Shown here: positions 1 through 14,297 of the stretch, one piece after another
How positions within the stretch are numbered: position 1 is the first letter of the stretch
How the letters are laid out: the number at the start of each line of letters is the position of its first letter
Assembly (NCBI RefSeq): GCF_009914755.1
Contig: NC_060936.1
Direction: 5' to 3' (one strand)
Length of the DNA: 64,000 bases
Source of the DNA: the human T2T-CHM13v2.0 reference genome, Homo sapiens
Made by a program: the position numbers and the translations under genes
The notes under the pieces: model-generated
Told to the model about the DNA's origin: nothing
Databases searched by the model: none
The model's input: only the letters and a program-made list of their open reading frames with translations

Positions 1-960
1 AGAGTAAAACCACAAATTTATAATGTCACAGTAGAGAAAGTGTTTTCTAGAATGGCACACATTTTCTCATAGCTTTAAAAAAAGACAAATTCTGTCAACA
101 TAAAAATCTATAATTTCTACAGAGTGAAAAACACCATAAACAAAGACGAATGGCAAAGTAGGGAAAATATTTGCAACCCGTATCATAGTCAGAGGGGCTA
201 ATTTGCTTAATATGTACAAAATCTCTACAAATCAATATGAAAAATAGCAAATTCAATAAGAAAATGGGATGGTTAATGGAAAGATAAACATCTCTTAAAC
301 ATGAAAAAATACTCAACCTCACAAGACAATTGAAACTACATTTGGTATAATTTTTCACCCACTGATTGGCAAAAAATCTAGATGTTGGACACTTAGCCTT
401 GGCGTGGTTGTAGGGTAATAAGCACTCTCGTGTTGCTGTTAGAACTGTAATTCATTAAGACTTGTCAGAATTACAAATGCATAGAATTTCTGATCCAATG
501 TACTTTCACATATGCAAAATAAATTACATATAAAATTATCAGCCAGGTGTGGTGGCTCACACCTGTAATCCTAGCACTTAGGGAGGCCAAGGTGGTAGGA
601 CTGCTTAAGCCCAGGAGTTCAAGACCAGCCTGGGCAAAGTGGCGAGACCTCGTCTCTACAAAAAAATGAAAATTAAAAAATTAGCTGGGTGCAGTAGTCC
701 CAGCCACTTGGGAGGGTGAGGTGGGAGGATCTCTTGAGCCCAGGAGTTCAAGGCAGCAGTGAGCTATGATCATACCACTGCACTGCAGCATGGGACAAAG
801 TGAGACCGCCTCTCTTAAAAAGAAAAAAAAAAGAAAACAGTTATCAGCTGGAGCATTGTTCATATTAGCAAGTTTAGCAAAAACCAACTCACACATCTCT
901 CACTAGAGGACTGATTAAATAAATCATTGCACATGCATACAATGGAATATCATACAGCCA
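1..960 (+). mobile_element. Old L1 (L1ME-like) 3' fragment interrupted by AluJ 542-836
   Basis: L1 ORF2 C-terminal/3' UTR-like motifs (ggaaaatatttgcaa, catacaatggaatatcatacagcc); dimeric AluJ. Confidence 0.7.
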
Positions 961-1680
961 GGCTGAAGAGCTGTCACAAAAATCTTTATAGGCCATGATT
1001 GGACTTTATCCTGAGAAGAATGAAGAGCCATTAATGAATTTTTAAGCAGAAGTGTGGAATTAGACCAGCATTTTAGATATCTCTGGCTTAGTATGGAGCA
1101 TAGATTGAAAGAGTAAAACAGAAGCCAGGGAGATTAGTTGGTGGCCCAATTTAGGGTAGTCACTGAGGGGAAGACACAAAAGATGTAGACGATGACAGGG
1201 CTTGGTGAGAGATTGCATGAATGGGTGCAGGAGCTCAGGCACCTATGATGCCCAGTTCAGGCTTTGGCAGTGGATGAGGCTGGCAGATATGCATTGAGAC
1301 CAGAGGCACAAGTGGAGCTGCAGGGTTGGGGATGAGAAGGAAAGGTGATGAGTTTCATTTGCATTGATTGAGTTGGAGGTGCCAGTGGGCAGCCAGTTGG
1401 GATGTGCAGTTGAGCGTTTGCATATACAGCTCTATGACTCAGAGGAGAGATTGGAATTGGGGATGGATTTGGGAATCTTCATCATACAGCTGATGTTTGA
1501 GGCAATAGGGCAATCTGAAGTCATGTTGGGATGTCCTGTGGCATGAGAGGAGAGTCCAGGCACTGGAGCAGCCCCTAGGGAACACAGGCAGAAGAGAATG
1601 AAAATCCGCGGGAGCTGGAGGAGTGTGGGGAACGTGGGTGGGAAACCAAGAAGAGCATCATATCACGGACCTCAAGGAAG
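960..1680 (-). mobile_element. L2 LINE fragment
   Basis: Degenerate L2-type purine-rich sequence (gagccattaatgaattttaagcag, gagttggaggtgccagtgg). Confidence 0.6.
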
Positions 1681-3260
1681 AATGTGCTCGGGTTTTACTG
1701 GTGTCTGTCTCTCCCTTGATTTAAAATCCTCCACATAAACTGGGTTTTATTTTTCTTTGTTTTCTCCCCATCTGTCTTATCCCACCTTCAATCGGCATGA
1801 GGTTTTGTGCATAATAACTATGTCTGTGGACAAACAAAGGCATGAGTGAGTGACTACAGTTGTAGCTGGTTCTTTACATGACTGTTGTGCACACCTCCAC
1901 ACCTGCTCCTCTCCTTGCTCTCCCTGTCTCCATTCTTCTTTAAATTCTCCACGTTGTCATCAGTGGCTCTCCACTGCCTACAGAGGAGCATCCTCTGGTT
2001 GGTCTTCAAGCCCATCCACATCCAGCCCCAGCTGGGCTTATCTCCTACAACACGTGGTGTGGAACTACACCCAGGCTGGCCGCTTGCTGCCACATGAACA
2101 TGCTCTGTGCTTACAGTGTCCTTTTCCCTTGGATTTCCTGCCTCCCGCCCCCTGCAATAGTTCCACCCATCCTTCCACATTTCATGGAGATCCCACTTAG
2201 TCCCAAAGGCCTCCCCAGACCTTCACTGCCATATGTCTTCCCCATTCTCTGTTGCACTTTGTCTTGCATTCCCACACTAGCTCCCTACCAGTTACTACTC
2301 TTTCTCCACACTGGCGTGTGAGGGGAGTCTGTCCCAATGTCACCATTCCCCCATGACTTGCCTCCCCACCTTTTCAAGTCTCTACTCAAGCGTCACCCTG
2401 CGAGGCTTGCCATGACCCCTCTGTTTTCATCGCCAACTCCAGCACTTGGCACAGTACAATTGCTGAAGGAGTGGTGGGTAGATTGTGAGTCCTCGGGAGT
2501 TCAGGACAATACTTGAATTTATTTCTGTAACTGTGCCAGTGCTTTGCATCCAGTCAGCACCCTGTGTTTGCAGTAGGCTCCTGGGAAATGAGTTTTACTC
2601 ACTTCCGTGCCCCTGCTGCCTAATACAGATCATGGCACCACAGTAGGTGCTCAATAAATGTTTAAGGAATCAATAAATGAAAAATTACACATTTAATTGC
2701 CCTCGGGAGCCTCCAGAGAGGCCACTGATTGTGCAAACTCACTGGTTTGTGTGTGCTTCCTGCCAGTGCTGACAGGCTGCCTTATGGGCCGGTGACAAGC
2801 TGTGTCCTGTAAACCTGGCTGTGCTGAGGGACGGTGACATGCAGCTCACAGAAGGCACTAGGGCTGTCATGGTGGCCAAGCATTTAATACAACGATTGTG
2901 GTGCTCCAGGCAGAAACACAGCCCGGAAGAAGCCTCAGAGGCAGCCAAGGAGGGATGGGAGCACTTACTCCTTAGGGAAAGCTTGACTTGGTTTCTACTG
3001 TGTGCATGGCCCTCTGAAGGTCCGGGTAGAGGGGAAGCTACAGCTGTGAGAGCAACTGGGCATCCGTCTTAAAGAGTTTCAGGTCTAGTGGGGTTGAGGA
3101 CAGGCTCACCGATAATCCCAGAACAAAGGCAAGATGGACCAATGCTGGAAGAGATCCACGCACAAAGGCAGGAGAGCCCGTCCCCAGGAGAAGGGGAGGC
3201 TTAGGGAGGATTAGTGGAAGCTTCGTGGTGGAAGGGCCATCTGAGCTCATTGACTAAGCA

Positions 3261-3553
3261 TTTTTTTTTTTTTTTTGAGACAGAGTCTCACTCTTGTCTC
3301 TCCGGCTGGAGTGCAATGATCTCGGCTCACTTGAATCTCCACTTCCCAAATTCAAGCGATTCTCCTGCCTCAGCCTCCTGAGAAGCTGGGATTACAGGTG
3401 CCTGCCACCATGCCTGACTAAGTTTTGTATTTTTTAGTAGAGACAGGGTTTCACCATGTTGGCCAGGCTGGTCTCAAACTCAATCTCAGGTGATCCACCC
3501 ACCGCGGCCTCCCAAAGTGCTGGGATTACAGGCGTGAGCCACCACGTCCGGCC
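3261..3553 (-). mobile_element. AluS
   Basis: Poly-T followed by reverse Alu consensus. Confidence 0.95.
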
Positions 3554-3579
3554 TTCATGACTAGGCTTTCTGAATGGGG

Positions 3580-4560
3580 TGGGAATTGAAACAGCTTCCA
3601 GCTGGTCTCCCTGCGCCCTGCTCCCAGTCTATGCTCATGGTTGCAGCCAGACGATGCTCTTGAATTGAAGGGCACATGATGTCACTTCTCTGCTTAGAAT
3701 TCTGCAATGGCTCCCATTGCATTCCGGGTGAACAGAGGTCCTTACGGTGGCCTACAAGGCCTTGTGTGACCGGCCTCCCAGTGGCCTCTGCAACGTGGCT
3801 CCTCCCACCCTCCCACTCACCCACACCAGGTACCCCGGGCACCTTGCTGCCCCCTGAGTGTGCCAGGCAGGCTCTCACCTCAGCCTGCTCTCCCTGCCTG
3901 GCACGCCCTTCCCGCAGCTCACCTCCTCACCTGCTTCAAGTCTTCACTGAAACGTCCTGCCATGCCCTCTCTGCTTTAAATGGTAACACCCACTCCCCTG
4001 CACTCTGCTGCCTTATCCCTCTTGAAATTTGTGTTTCTCCATGGAACCTTTTACGTTCTGACATAACTGTGCATTTTACTACTTATTTTTGTTTCTTGTC
4101 TTTTCCCCCCATAGAATGTAAGCTTTGTGAAAGCAGTTTTTTGTTTGTTTGTTTGTTTTTTGAGATGGAGTCTCGCTCAGTCGCCCAGGCTGGAGTGCAG
4201 TGGCACGATCATGGCTCACACAACCTCCGCCTCCCGGGTTCATGCCATTCTCCTGCCTCAGCCTCCCGAGTAGCTGGGACTACAGGCGCCCGCCACCACG
4301 CCCGGCTAATTTTTTTTATTTTTAGTGGAGATGGGGTTTCACCATGTTAGCCAGGATGGTCTCGATTTCCTGACCTTATGATGTGCCCGCTTCGGCCTCC
4401 GAAAGTGCTGGGATTACAGGCGTGAGCCACTGCACCTGGCCATGAAAGCACTTTTTAAAAATCTGTTTTACTCACTACAGTATCCCTAACACCTAGAACA
4501 CTGCCTCATGTTAGGTGCCTAATAGGTACTTGTTGAATGAATGAATGAGTAAATGAATCA
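3580..4560 (+). mobile_element. L2 3' end with an inserted minus-strand AluY (4136-4441)
   Basis: Ends in the L2 tail tgttgaatgaatgaatga; the Alu has TSD TGAAAGCA. Confidence 0.75.
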
Positions 4561-5589
4561 ATGGGGCCATGCTGCATGCTTGAGGAAGTCCATGGGAAGG
4601 GCCTCCTGGCAGAGCTCCTAAAAACTGCTGCCCAAAGGGTCATTTGCAGGGATAGATCTGTGCCATACAGAGCAGAGGACCTGCTGGGGGTAGGCGATCA
4701 AGCGAGGAGGAAGGGTCCCCAGTCCAAGGGAGAGCAGACTCCACAACCATGAGTCCTCTGCAGGATCCCCGTGTCCCAGCATGGGTCAGGAATGCCTTCT
4801 CCCTCTGCTGCACTTGCTGTCCACACTCCACCTGCACCTTCCCAGGAACTCACCAGCTCCCCTCCTGTCAGTCTTCCCGCAGTTCCCTCCCTTCTAATTC
4901 TTGAATTCCCGGCCCCTCTCCAGGCCAGCTGAGGCCCTTAGACAAGCACTTTGCTGCCTCCTTGTGGCTTCTGCAGGAAAGGCTTCTCCTCTCTTCCAGA
5001 GAGTGAGGATACGGGGCGCCTAACAGACAGCCTGGGGGTGATGAGAGAGGAAACCGAATCTTCTTGACCAGTGGTGGCCTGAATCATTGGCAGCTGCCCG
5101 CTCACAGCACTGCTGCCTGTGGCAGTGAACTCTGTGGCAGCGCCCTGACTGGTGCACTAGCTGGACTCAGGCTTTGGTTGTTCCAGGCTGCTCAGCTCCT
5201 GGGAAAGAATGTGAGGCAGCAGTCAGACCCCAGGGCCTGCCTCAAGGGTCACTGAGGTCAGTGACTAGTGTATCCAGCCTCCACCTGCTCAGCTTCCTCC
5301 CAGCTCAGAGGCAATAAATAGTGTTTGAGGGGTGATGAAGCCACCAGCCAGCGCAGGGCCTCCCAGGGTGTGCAGAGAGCAGGGGCAGGGTGTGACACAA
5401 GAGCCAGGGCCAGGATATGTAGAACTGGAGCATGGGAGGCCACTCAGCCTCCTAATTGGCTAATTGGCTGGGATGTTACCTGCTTAAGCTAATTGCCCCC
5501 AAATGGAGGAATATTCTAGAAGGCTCCTGGGTTATCTAGTGGACCCATAACTTACAAGACTGCCTGAGAAGACTGCTTTATTTTTTACT

Positions 5590-6470
<881 letters not shown>

Positions 6471-6952
6471 AAATTCCTGCCTTCAAAGCCCTCACTTGAT
6501 AGTTAACAGCATCCCAGCCATACACATCTTCTCTTCTTGAGAAGGTGACTCCTCTGATCATAGAATCATGCTCATCTGTTTTCTGACTTTTCAGACCATG
6601 CATGGCTTTCCCCTCCCTGGCTCTATGCCTGGGTTGTTTTTGAAGGGGTTTTCTCCTTTCCACTGTATGCCTCTGCAGTTAGTCAAGGCCAGAGTAGACC
6701 CTTCTCCCATGTCATCTTCCACATTTGTTTTGGTTCCTCATCTGAGGCTGTGGGCCATGCAAGCAGAGCTATGGCCAGTCCCCGAATATGGCTTGAAGCA
6801 ATGCTCAAAAAAATACTCCTTCCCATGCCTTGTCTTCCCTGAATTTTTTGGGGGTAGAAGCAATACATTGACCAGAAATGTCAACTTTGCTCTTAAAAAA
6901 AATTAGGCTCCTGTATAGTATCAGTGAACCTCATCACTAGAAAAACACCCGA

Positions 6953-7160
6953 CACACACACACACACACACACTTACACATATATACACATGCATACACA
7001 TACATGTATACACACATACACATTTATACACACACATACACATATACACACATGTGCACATACATACATAAATACATCCACAGCTACATAAATACATACA
7101 TATATACACAAACGTATACATACACACACATATATACACAAAGATACACACACATATATA
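6953..7160. repeat. (CA)n/(TA)n alternating purine-pyrimidine repeat
   Basis: About 200 nt of acacac/tatacac units. Confidence 0.95.
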
Positions 7161-9267
7161 TTTGTCTTCCAACCCTCTTGGCTTCACAGCTTGGCCCGTG
7201 CAGGCTTTCTTTGCCTTTAAGAAGATGAAATTGTTACCAAAGCAGGAGAAGAATGTCAGACACTCTGCATGCTTGCCAGAGAGCTCGCTAGAGGACGTGC
7301 AGAAGGTCAAAGTCCTCCATCACCAGAGCAAGTTCAGCCACCAGGCCCCTTAAGCACAGTGCCAAGAGCCTGTGAAAACATGAAACCTTTGAAAATATGG
7401 GTGCCAAAATATAAAAACAAAGAATGTATGAATAGTATGAAATCTTTATAAAACATAATATTGTCAGTTTCATTCACTGTCAAATTTAATATTCAAAATA
7501 GTCTCATTACATTTATAAAACTTGTTCAATTTCTTCTCTGTGCATTCTGATTGCTGAGATGTCACTCACAGCTAAGTACACATTAAATAACTTACTCATA
7601 GCCAGTTAATTTCTGAAGCAAGGTTATAAAAATGCTTTCTAATTATTTAGAGCGATACATTTAGTGTGAGGGCATTTTAAGATGTTAAGTATCATTGGGG
7701 TGAGGCCTCCAGAAAAGAAAGAGCCTGGGACCCGAGAGGCTGGAAACAGCCCAGGGCCAGCACAGCTGTGCTGTGCATGTGTCCTGCATCATGATGCCAA
7801 CTCCCCTTCCTCCCACACTAGGCATCCTCGCGATATCTTAAGCTGCGACTCAGAAAACAAATCCTACTCCTGGCATCATCCACAGAACCAGCTGTTCACA
7901 CCCCACATCCTCCTCAGCTTTCTGGAGTCTCAGCCTTAGGCTGGAAGCAAGGATGGGCGCCATTCCTGAGGAAGAGAACCGCTGGACATGGGTTCTCTGA
8001 GGATGGGGTAATTTCCTATTTGTATGCCTGTTCCCTAGGCCAAGGGTGCTGGTGAGTGGAGAAGGACAGGGTGGGGGAGACTCAGCAGGGACCAGGCAAG
8101 CAGCTGTGTGTCAAGAGGAGGGTGTGTAGGTGCTCGTGAGCTGATTGAACTAACCGAATTAGTGTCTTAACTGAACTGACAGACGCTTGCCAGAGACGGC
8201 CTCCTTAGCCCACACCGTCTATATTTGAACCTCATGTCTCCATGTCTTCCACCTTTGTCCTCAGAGACACGCTCACCTTTGCCTCCCACCTTATGACACC
8301 TGGCTCTGGTCTGTATTTGGTATCTCCTTTTGTTCTCACCTTCTGAGCTTTCATGCAGATCACTGGCATGTCAGTGACATATCTGTCCATATTTTGATTA
8401 AATGAAGAGTTACACCTACTAAGTGCCAGGTGCCAATCACAGCTATCTCGGCATGTTTGCTCCCAAAGGACACAGACAACACTCAGAGGGTTCTAAAACT
8501 GAGTTGAGGAGGTGTGGGTTTCAGCAATGAGACAGAATTTTAAAATAAACCAACCTCTATTTTATTAAAATGTAGAGTTTGGGGACTGCAGGAGGGAAGC
8601 AGTGTTTCTCAAAGTTCTAGGAGTACTCAGCAACCCCCAGAGGGTTTCTTTAAAAGCACCAGCTGGGAACCTGCATTTTGACCAAGTTCTCTGTGGGTTT
8701 CCGTCCCTCAGAAGGTTGAGAATCACTGGCTGAGGGATGCAGTGGAGACTGGGGCTGTCTTGATCCTTCTGGCTTATTTGGGTTCCAGGGAGTGACTCGC
8801 TTGACTTTTTTTGAACAAGCTAAGCGGATTCATTTGTAGGTTCCTGGCATTCCTTCCTTTGGTTCGCTGAGGCGCTGCAAGAGTTAGTAGAGTTACAGGT
8901 GGGGGAGTAACTGAGACAAGGCCCAGGCCATGTGAGTGCCATCCCACACCTGAGCACTTCCCAGAGCCAAGTCCAGAGCTGAGCCCAGACTCAGCCTGGA
9001 CACAGAACTGCTCAACACAACGTCCTCCCAAGTCCCAGGGGCTCTGCTTCTCTTCCTGCGAATCTGCCTTTTGCCTGACCTCACAAAAGACTTCCTCTTC
9101 CCTCCCCTCATTCTTTGCTCCTTCCCACCCATCCATGTTTCCTCAGCCCTAGCCCCATCTAGTCTCTTTCCCAGAGGCCGCATTGTAAGCCCTCCTGTCG
9201 TCTCCAGCATGTTAGATGCCTGTGTGAGTCTGTTCATGTGCATCTCGGTGTACACGTGTACCAGCAT

Positions 9268-9577
9268 GGTTTTTTGTTTCGTTTTGTTTTGTTTTTTAAG
9301 ATGGAGTCTCGCTGTGTCCCCAGGCTGGAGTGCAGTGGCGCAATCTTGGCTCACTGCAAGCTCTGCCTCCTGCGTTCACACCACTCTCCTGCCTCAGCCT
9401 CCTGAGTAGCTGGGACTACAGGCGCCCGCCACCATGCCCGGCTAATTTTTTGTATTTTTAGTAGAGATGGGGTTTCACCATGTTAGCCAGGATGGTCTCA
9501 ATCTCCTGACCTCGTGATCTGCCCACCTCGGCCTCTCAAAGTGCTGGGATTACAGGCGTGAGCCACTATGCCCGGCC
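9268..9577 (-). mobile_element. AluY
   Basis: Reverse Alu; TSD TGTACCAGC(A/G)TG. Confidence 0.95.
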
Positions 9578-11616
9578 TGTACCAGCGTGTTTTTAGCTGT
9601 GCAGGAACAGACCCTGAGCAAGGGGAGGGCATAGCACTCAGAGTCAAGGCTAAGATTGTCCAGCTACAGAAAGCATTTGGGATCTGCAGACACACACAGC
9701 TCTCCCACCTGTCAGACAGAGAACCCAGGGGACATGCTTGTAAGACAAAGCTGAAAAAAATCTCAGAGAAGGGGGGCTGCTGGGTTTTGAGGGATGCAAT
9801 CTTCTAGCATCTCAAACCATGGAGGGAAGATGAGCAGCCCTCCCTCACATGCCGAGAGGACGCCCCAGTGGGCTCAGAGATGAACAGGCCGTCAGTGCTA
9901 GGCAGACCAGGAGAATGGGACATGAGGTCAGGCCTAGTTATGAACCCAGATGGGGCTGTGCGCCAGACAGCATGGCCAGGGGAGCCGGTGAGGTCGGCAG
10001 GACCACAAAGAGGTGAGTGAGCCAGCACCACGCAGCAGGTGGATGTGAGGATCCATGGTGGGCCAGGAGCAGGTGGCCCGAGAAAAGGTGCACTTCAGGG
10101 AGTGGAGCAATGTCCAGGAGGGCACGCCCAAAGGAGGCAGCACGGCCACCACCCTGAGGTAGCAGCCTGGGCAGGGACAGAGAACTTTTGTTAGAGACCA
10201 GCAGATCCTCATGCCAAAATAGCGGACCCCAAGACAATGCAGGGAGCCCCCACACTGAGACATCAGGAGCAGCCTGACACGCAGGGAGGTGGTGGCAGCC
10301 TGGGATGTGGGTAAAGAAGACAGCACAGCAGGCTCTGCCTCTGCACCTGGTGGTGAGATCAACGCAGTAAACAGGTACAGGGTTGAAAGCAGGAAGAAAA
10401 TTGTCTTCATCTAAGTTCCCTTAGAAAGGGGAAGCTGTCTTTGCTGGGAACAATATTTTGATAAGTGCCTTAAGCCTGAAACTGGGATCCCAGTGGAGGC
10501 CTGGGTGTGGGTGGAACAGCTCTGCTTGAGACATGAAGGAATTTTAGAATTGTGCATGTTTTACCAGAGAGGCGGGGAAAGAGGGAAGAAAGGAGGCTGC
10601 TGCTTGGTGCTGTTCAAAATGAATCCCGTTTCTCACTATCCCTCTATATTTTCAGAAAGTTACTGACGTCATGAGTGTATGGGCTCAAGTGGGGTGCATA
10701 CCCCTGATATTTATATGCACATATCTCCGTGTGTGGAAAGAACAAAGGGGCTTGCCCGAGACTCAGAAGCTGGGCAGATCCCAGGCAGGGAAGGGATGCG
10801 GAGAGGAGAGACCCCACGATGGGGAGGTCTTTGGGTAAGTTTAACCAAATCTCTGCCAGGCCAGGCCCCAGTTGACCACTGGGTTACAGTGTTCTCCCAC
10901 AGTGTTGTTTTGGTTATTCTCCATTCTGTTCGCTGTATCTAAATCAACAACCAACAGCAACACACATGCACATCCCCCTTGGAAACCCTCCAGGAATTGG
11001 AAACCAGGTTTCTGCACTGGGTGGGCTGGAATGATAGGACTCTCAGCTGGAATGCTGGCCCATTTCAGAGCGCAGGTGCGGCCAGGGATTCGCCCTCTTT
11101 GATGCTGCTATGCCTCCCTGTCTCACTGAGGTCTCCAGTTGGAGGATGGGAGAAGCACCAGTATCTTCAGGCTCTTGGCTCTGGTTAGGTCTAGACTGGA
11201 GGCATCAGGACCCTCTCCCCATTGGGGATCTGTAACTGACACAGGGCCAGGGTCACAGGAGGCAGATGGGATTGCTCATGTAGAGAGGGTCCTTAAAAGA
11301 GCCTTGAGCCTCCAGTAGTGACATCTACAAGCCCAGAGAGGCAAAGGAGAGCTAAGACTTCTAACCAGAAAAGCCTCTTGTTGGCCCCTGGAGTCCCACC
11401 TCTGTCCCCTCAGCTGTTCTTTCTAGGGACCGTTCTTGAAGATAGTAAGGAAAGGAAGTGACAGGCCCAGGCCCAAGGCTCAGGTTTCTCAGGCAGTCCA
11501 AGGGCTCCCTCATCTCTCCCTCCCTACACCTGGCTCCCCTGAGAACCACCCCCAAGGCTAGGGTGAGATGGGGCTCTTCAGAATTTATGTGCAGCCCAGG
11601 AGGCCAGTGTGAAGGA

Positions 11617-11634
11617 AAAGCCCCCTGGTGGCCT
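11617..11634 (-). promoter_or_regulatory. Candidate CTCF site
   Basis: Minus strand reads AGGCCACCAGGGGGC, matching the CCASYAGRKGGC core. Confidence 0.5.
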
Positions 11635-11782
11635 CTGAGACACTAAGGAAACCCTTCACCAGAACCGAAGTGCTGTTGGCATGGGGACCCCGCTTACAGC
11701 CGCCGAGCAAAGGAACCAGGTTAGCCTCTCTCTATCTGGTGTGGGATAGCAAATGAGGTCATTGTTAAAGCCTGGAGAGAGA

Positions 11783-11788
11783 TTTATT
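11783..11788 (-). terminator. AATAAA polyadenylation signal of FAM186B
   Basis: TTTATT on the + strand, about 77 nt past the stop codon. Confidence 0.8.
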
Positions 11789-11864
11789 GGGGAGAATCCA
11801 CATTGACCATCAGCCTCGCACCTTACTGGGCCTTCAGGAAGTTCAGGCTTTTGTGGCAGGAGGA

Positions 11865-12012
11865 CTACACGTCCAGTGTCAACAGCCGGGGAATATCTGG
11901 GTGTCCCCTCAGCTGGTCCCGGGGAAGGCTGGCAGGGGTCTTTTTTTCTATTGCGTAACTGGAGGAGGCCACCTCGGTCTTCCAGACAGCCTCCATCTGC
12001 TTCCCCTGTTGG
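11865..12012 (-). CDS. FAM186B: FAM186B last coding exon (QQGKQMEAVW...LLTLDV*)
   Basis: 148 coding nt ending in TAG; the seven exons sum to 2682 nt = 893 aa + stop. Confidence 0.93.
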
Positions 12013-12713
12013 CTGGGAGTGGGGAGTTTGGAGAATGTGAAAAGCAACAGAGAGAGATTGAGATGCAAGAGACTCTCCAGAGCCATCAGGCCCAAGTGAG
12101 CTTTGTCTCCTTCCCTTCTCAAATCGAGTGTGTCACTGCCCTCCTCATCTCCCCTCCAACACTGAGTCTGAATCTCACTTCCTTGGGGCTCCTCTGGCTG
12201 AGGAGCTGCTGGAAGAGGTTCCCAGGGCGGCCCCTGTCCTTCAAGGAACAGGCCCTGGGGCAGAAGCCCTGATCTAGGCCATGCAAGGGTAGGTGTGGAC
12301 CAGGGTCCTTTTAGCGCCCCAGAGGTTCACAGTGTCTCCAGAGCCTGCAGGTCACATGGTGGGGAGGTTCAGGCTTGTTTATAGGACAGACCAACGGCAG
12401 ATGCCAAATCGATGCTCAGGGTAGAAAGGTTATAAGTTTTCAGGTGTGGGTCCTCAGAGTCTTTCCGTCGCATAGTTTGAAATGCACTGGTCAGGCTAGT
12501 CCCTGAAGCCCACACACTATGACATACACCCCACCTGTGGGTCAGTGGCCAGCACTGGGGAGGGCAGCTGAGAAGACAGGCACTTTGCAACTCGTAGGGT
12601 GATATTGGCCTGTTGGTGCCCTCACTTCACTGCCCACCTCCCCAGGCTGGTCACCCCTGCTCCCTGCCTCTTCACCCATACAGCTGCTGCCCCCTCAGCT
12701 TCCCAGAACCTAC

Positions 12714-12883
12714 CGGGCCATCTGCAGGGGCACACATGCCCGGTGCCTAGACAGAAAGGGCTGCTTGTAGGTGGGGCCACTGGGGCGGATGTGCCGGGGT
12801 GAGGCTGCAGGCAACTTGCATTTCTTTGGCTTTGGCGAGGTGACCTCAGGGATGTTCAGGTGAACGTTCCACTCCAGCTGGAG
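12714..12883 (-). CDS. FAM186B: FAM186B coding exon 6 (LQLEWNVHLN...PLQMA)
   Basis: 170 nt, TAG acceptor, CG|GTAGG donor, open frame, phase fits exon 7. Confidence 0.92.
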
Positions 12884-13960
12884 CTAGAGGAACCAGCAGA
12901 GAGGCATCAGGGAAACAGGAAGTTATCTCCTCTCTAGGTCGTGAGGAGGCTTTGTCTGTTTGTTGGTGCCCCTGCTGGACTCAGGGCTGAGTGGAGAGGG
13001 TAAGGCCCAGGGAATCCCTTCAATTAGAAACCCTGGGACCACAAGGTATCAGACCTTTGCTGGAAACTCCTTGAACTCTTTTTTGCTGTGTTAGTTCCTG
13101 TTTTCTCCTTTGTTGTGAGGAAGCTGGATAATGGGCAAAACAGCAAGGAAGAAAATGAAACCAGAGCAGCTGGAACCCATGAGAGCAGCTCCAGGCAGGG
13201 TTCATGGCAGGGGGCCAGGTTGTGCCTGGACTGCACTGGGTATCTTTTCGTCCAGCCCCAGCCCTGGCACTGGGTGAGGAGCTGGGGGAACCTTCACAGC
13301 CACTCAAAGAATTGTCATATCCCTTTCATTCTCAATCCCCAAACAAACAGCCAGTCAAGATGCCTCTAGGAGATTATCTGGACTGGTATAAGGTGATATG
13401 AAACCTCCATGGCCAAGGCTCTTCTGGCTGCCTGATGCCAGCCCTCACACCAATGCCTCAGCATGCTGCCTCCCCTAGACTCAGGCCACTGCCACTCAAG
13501 ACTCGGGGGCAGGTGGTACCTCCTGACCCAACCCTAGGGCAGGTCCCAGCAGGCTCTGACTCACAACTTTGGGCTCCTCCAATCCCTCCAAGCTGCCCCT
13601 AGGGACCACGTCGGCACTTGCTGCTTTTCTGCTCCTGGCAGCCTGAGCCTCAGGTCTTGAGCTGAGGGCTGCTCATCCCAAAGCCAGTGTTGCAAATGAA
13701 GGAGTCTGGCAGGGAAAGATCCCATACTCATGGGTGGTGCAGAGAGCTATTCCTGCCATATGAAAGATGGATATGGATATAAACTCAATACTTGTATAAT
13801 GGGGACAAAATTATTAATCGTCCCAAAGGGTATGAATTCTAATTTGCTGGGTTCCTGTTTTACATCTGTTGTAGAGAATCTAGAAACGGGCAAAACATCA
13901 GTGAAAAAAAAAAGACAAAGAAGTTAAATCTATATCTATATATCTATAATAAAGAATCAA

Positions 13961-14297
<337 letters not shown>

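Noticed and set aside
3676-4350. 224-aa ORF and many other ORFs containing AGVQW/SASRVAG motifs
   Set aside because: Translations of Alu and L2 sequence.
7204-7305. Possible plus-strand cassette exon (CAG|GCTT...GAAG|GTCAAA)
   Set aside because: Weak donor and no supporting context; cannot be distinguished from chance.
6921-7310. Cys/Val/Tyr-rich ORFs
   Set aside because: Artefacts of the CA/TA simple repeat.
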